Both the position numbers and the translations under genes were made by a program. The notes beneath the pieces were generated by a model, which made no database searches, was not told where the DNA came from, and worked only from the letters and a program-made list of their open reading frames with translations. From NCBI GenBank assembly GCA_963704725.1, contig OY969934.1:2272001-2336000 (forward strand): 64,000 nt of DNA, given 5' to 3'. Origin of the DNA: an uncultured Actinomycetes bacterium. GTDB lineage: Bacteria; Actinomycetota; UBA4738; HRBIN12. Shown here one piece after another: positions 62,194 through 64,000 of the stretch; position 1 is the first letter of the stretch; the number at the start of each line of letters is the position of its first letter.

Positions 62194-64000
62194 TCAGGTG
62201 TTGAAGAGCCAGTCGATCGATCGCTCGAACCGCGTCCGGAGCTCGCGCAGGAGGGTGGGGTGGGCGTCCAGCTCCGGATCCTCCTCGATCACGCCGAACG
62301 CGCGCACCCGGGCCCGCTTCACCAGGTCGAGGTCCTCGGCCAGGCGGGCGAGCTTGAGGTCGGGAAGGCCCGACTGACGGACGTCGAACAGCGTCCCCTC
62401 GCCCCGCAGACGAAGGTCCTCGTCGGCCAGCGCGAACCCGTCGGTCGTCGACACCATCGCCTCGAGCCTCGCGCGCGCCTCCAGGTTGTCCGGCTTGCTC
62501 TCGTCGAAGAGCACGCAGGTGGAGCCGTGGGCCCCGCGCCCGATCCGCCCACGGAGCTGATGGAGCTGCGCGAGCCCGAACCGCTCGGCGTTCTCGACCA
62601 GCATCACGGTGGCGTTGGGGACGTCGACGCCGACCTCGATCACGGTCGTCGAGATGAGCAGGTGGTGCTCGCCCTCGCGGAACGCCTCCATCCGCCGCTC
62701 CTTCTCGGCGGGACGCATGCGTCCGTGGAGCAGGAGCACCGACAGCTCGGGGAAGACCTCCGTCGCCAACCGCTCGGCCTCGGCCTCCGCGGCCCGGACC
62801 TCCGTCCGGTTGGCCTCGTCGATCGCCGCGCAGACGACGAAGACCTGGCGGCCGGCCTCGACCTCCCGTCGCACGAGCGCGTAGGCGGCGTCCCGCTGCT
62901 CCGGCGTCCGGACGATCCTCGTCTCGACCGGCTGCCGGCCGGCCGGCATCTCGTCCAGGACCACCACGTCGAGATCGCCGTAGTAGGTGAGCGCCATCGT
63001 CCGCGGGATGGGCGTCGCCGTCATGATCAGGACGTCCGGCGATCCGCCCTTGCCCTTCAGCGCCATCCGCTGGTGCACGCCGAACCGGTGCTGCTCGTCG
63101 ATGACCGCCAGCGACAGGTCGGCGAACGTCACGCCCTCCTGAACGAGCGCGTGCGTCCCGACGACGAGGTCGATCTCGCCGCCGGCGATGGCCTCGAGCA
63201 CCCGCTCGCGATCTTTGCCCGTCACCGACGCCGTCAGGAGCGCGAACGAGATCCTCGGGGCGGGCTCCGCGGGCTCGTCCTCCAGCAGCGAGGCCTGGGT
63301 GTCGTCGGCTCGGGCCCGGACGGGGCGCTCGAGGAATGGCACGGCGCCGATGGGCCCGAGGAGCGACGTGAACGACCGGAGGTGCTGGCCGGCGAGGACC
63401 TCGGTCGGCGCCATCACGGCGGCCTGGTGGCCGCTCTGGATCGCGACGAGGGCGGCGTGCACCGCCACGAGGGTCTTGCCCGAGCCCACGTCGCCCTGCA
63501 GGAGCGCGTTCATCGGCCGGGGGCGCGCCATGGCCTCGCCGATCTCGCGCTCGGCGCGCCGCTGCGCGTCCGTCGGCTCGAACGGGAGCGCCGCCGCGAG
63601 CGCGCGCACGAGCTCGCCGTCGGCCCGGTGGGCCACGCCCCGCTCCGATCCCTCGACGCGGTGCTTGCGGAACGCGACCCCGAGCTCCAGCGCGAACAGC
63701 TCGTCGAACTTCAGCCGCTCCCGTGCCGCCTGCAGCTGCTCGGGGGTATCGGGGAAATGGACCCAGCGGATCGCCCTGTCGAAGGACACGAGGGATTCGG
63801 CCTCGACGATCTCGATCGGGAGCGGGTCGGGCACCGCCGGCAACCGTTCCACGGCGAAGTAGACGAGCTCCCGGACGGTTCGCGCGTAGACGCCTTCGGA
63901 GACGCGATGGATCGGGATGATCCGGCGGGTGTGGATGGCTCGATCCTCGTCCTTCAAGCTCTCCACGTCACCGTTCTTGAGTTGGAGCCGCCCGCCTCGA
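62194..64000 (-). CDS. recG: ATP-dependent DNA helicase RecG (5' end beyond the window)
   Basis: LLQGDVGSGKT, MAPTEVLA, DEQHRFGV, MTATPIPRT, QLHQLRGRIGRG, DL.LRGEG; frame stays open to the window edge. Confidence 0.98.
   Translation of the reverse strand, partial: RGGRLQLKNGDVESLKDEDRAIHTRRIIPIHRVSEGVYARTVRELVYFAVERLPAVPDPLPIEIVEAESLVSFDRAIRWVHFPDTPEQLQAARERLKFDELFALELGVAFRKHRVEGSERGVAHRADGELVRALAAALPFEPTDAQRRAEREIGEAMARPRPMNALLQGDVGSGKTLVAVHAALVAIQSGHQAAVMAPTEVLAGQHLRSFTSLLGPIGAVPFLERPVRARADDTQASLLEDEPAEPAPRISFALLTASVTGKDRERVLEAIAGGEIDLVVGTHALVQEGVTFADLSLAVIDEQHRFGVHQRMALKGKGGSPDVLIMTATPIPRTMALTYYGDLDVVVLDEMPAGRQPVETRIVRTPEQRDAAYALVRREVEAGRQVFVVCAAIDEANRTEVRAAEAEAERLATEVFPELSVLLLHGRMRPAEKERRMEAFREGEHHLLISTTVIEVGVDVPNATVMLVENAERFGLAQLHQLRGRIGRGAHGSTCVLFDESKPDNLEARARLEAMVSTTDGFALADEDLRLRGEGTLFDVRQSGLPDLKLARLAEDLDLVKRARVRAFGVIEEDPELDAHPTLLRELRTRFERSIDWLFNT

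Overview
Very GC-rich bacterial chromosome segment, most likely a deep-branching Actinomycetota (DUF2469, WhiG-type sigma, SepIVA-like protein, membrane-anchored FtsY, short EF-Ts). The backbone is conserved housekeeping genes on the minus strand, in transcription order: recG(partial)-[PAS/GAF kinase, NarL-type RR]-rsmD-coaD-sepIVA-yceD-rpmF-rnc-mutM-[pncA]-acyP-smc-ftsY-[receiver]-ffh-rpsP-khpA-rimM-trmD-rplS-lepB-rnhB-DUF2469-yraN-comM-dprA-[MBL-rhodanese]-xerC-whiG-M23-[PQQ propeller, membrane protein]-rpsB-tsf-pyrH-frr-cdsA-dxr-rseP-[RR, HK, yjbQ]-ispG-[trpL-trpE-trpG, secreted protein]-proS-rimP-nusA-ylxR-infB-DUF503-rbfA-nrnA-truB-[five-gene membrane module]-ribF-[capA, Ser/Thr kinase]-rpsO-pnp(partial). 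I found no tRNA, rRNA, CRISPR array, IS or prophage. The best candidate for an uncharacterised system is 4.7-9.7 kb: an orphan solute-binding lipoprotein, a degenerate PAP2 domain fused to an intact kinase, a Cys-rich lipoprotein, an intact PAP2 phosphatase and a flippase-like protein. Other notable signals: two exact PafBC/RecA-NDp-type promoters in front of yraN and comM-dprA, a CRP box at -41.5 of an M23 peptidase promoter, a sigma28/WhiG-like promoter before a sensor kinase, a Trp leader-peptide attenuator, an Fpg lacking the catalytic Pro, and many leaderless promoters, some reusing the upstream stop codon as the -10 box. All functional calls come from reading motifs by eye; no database searches were run.
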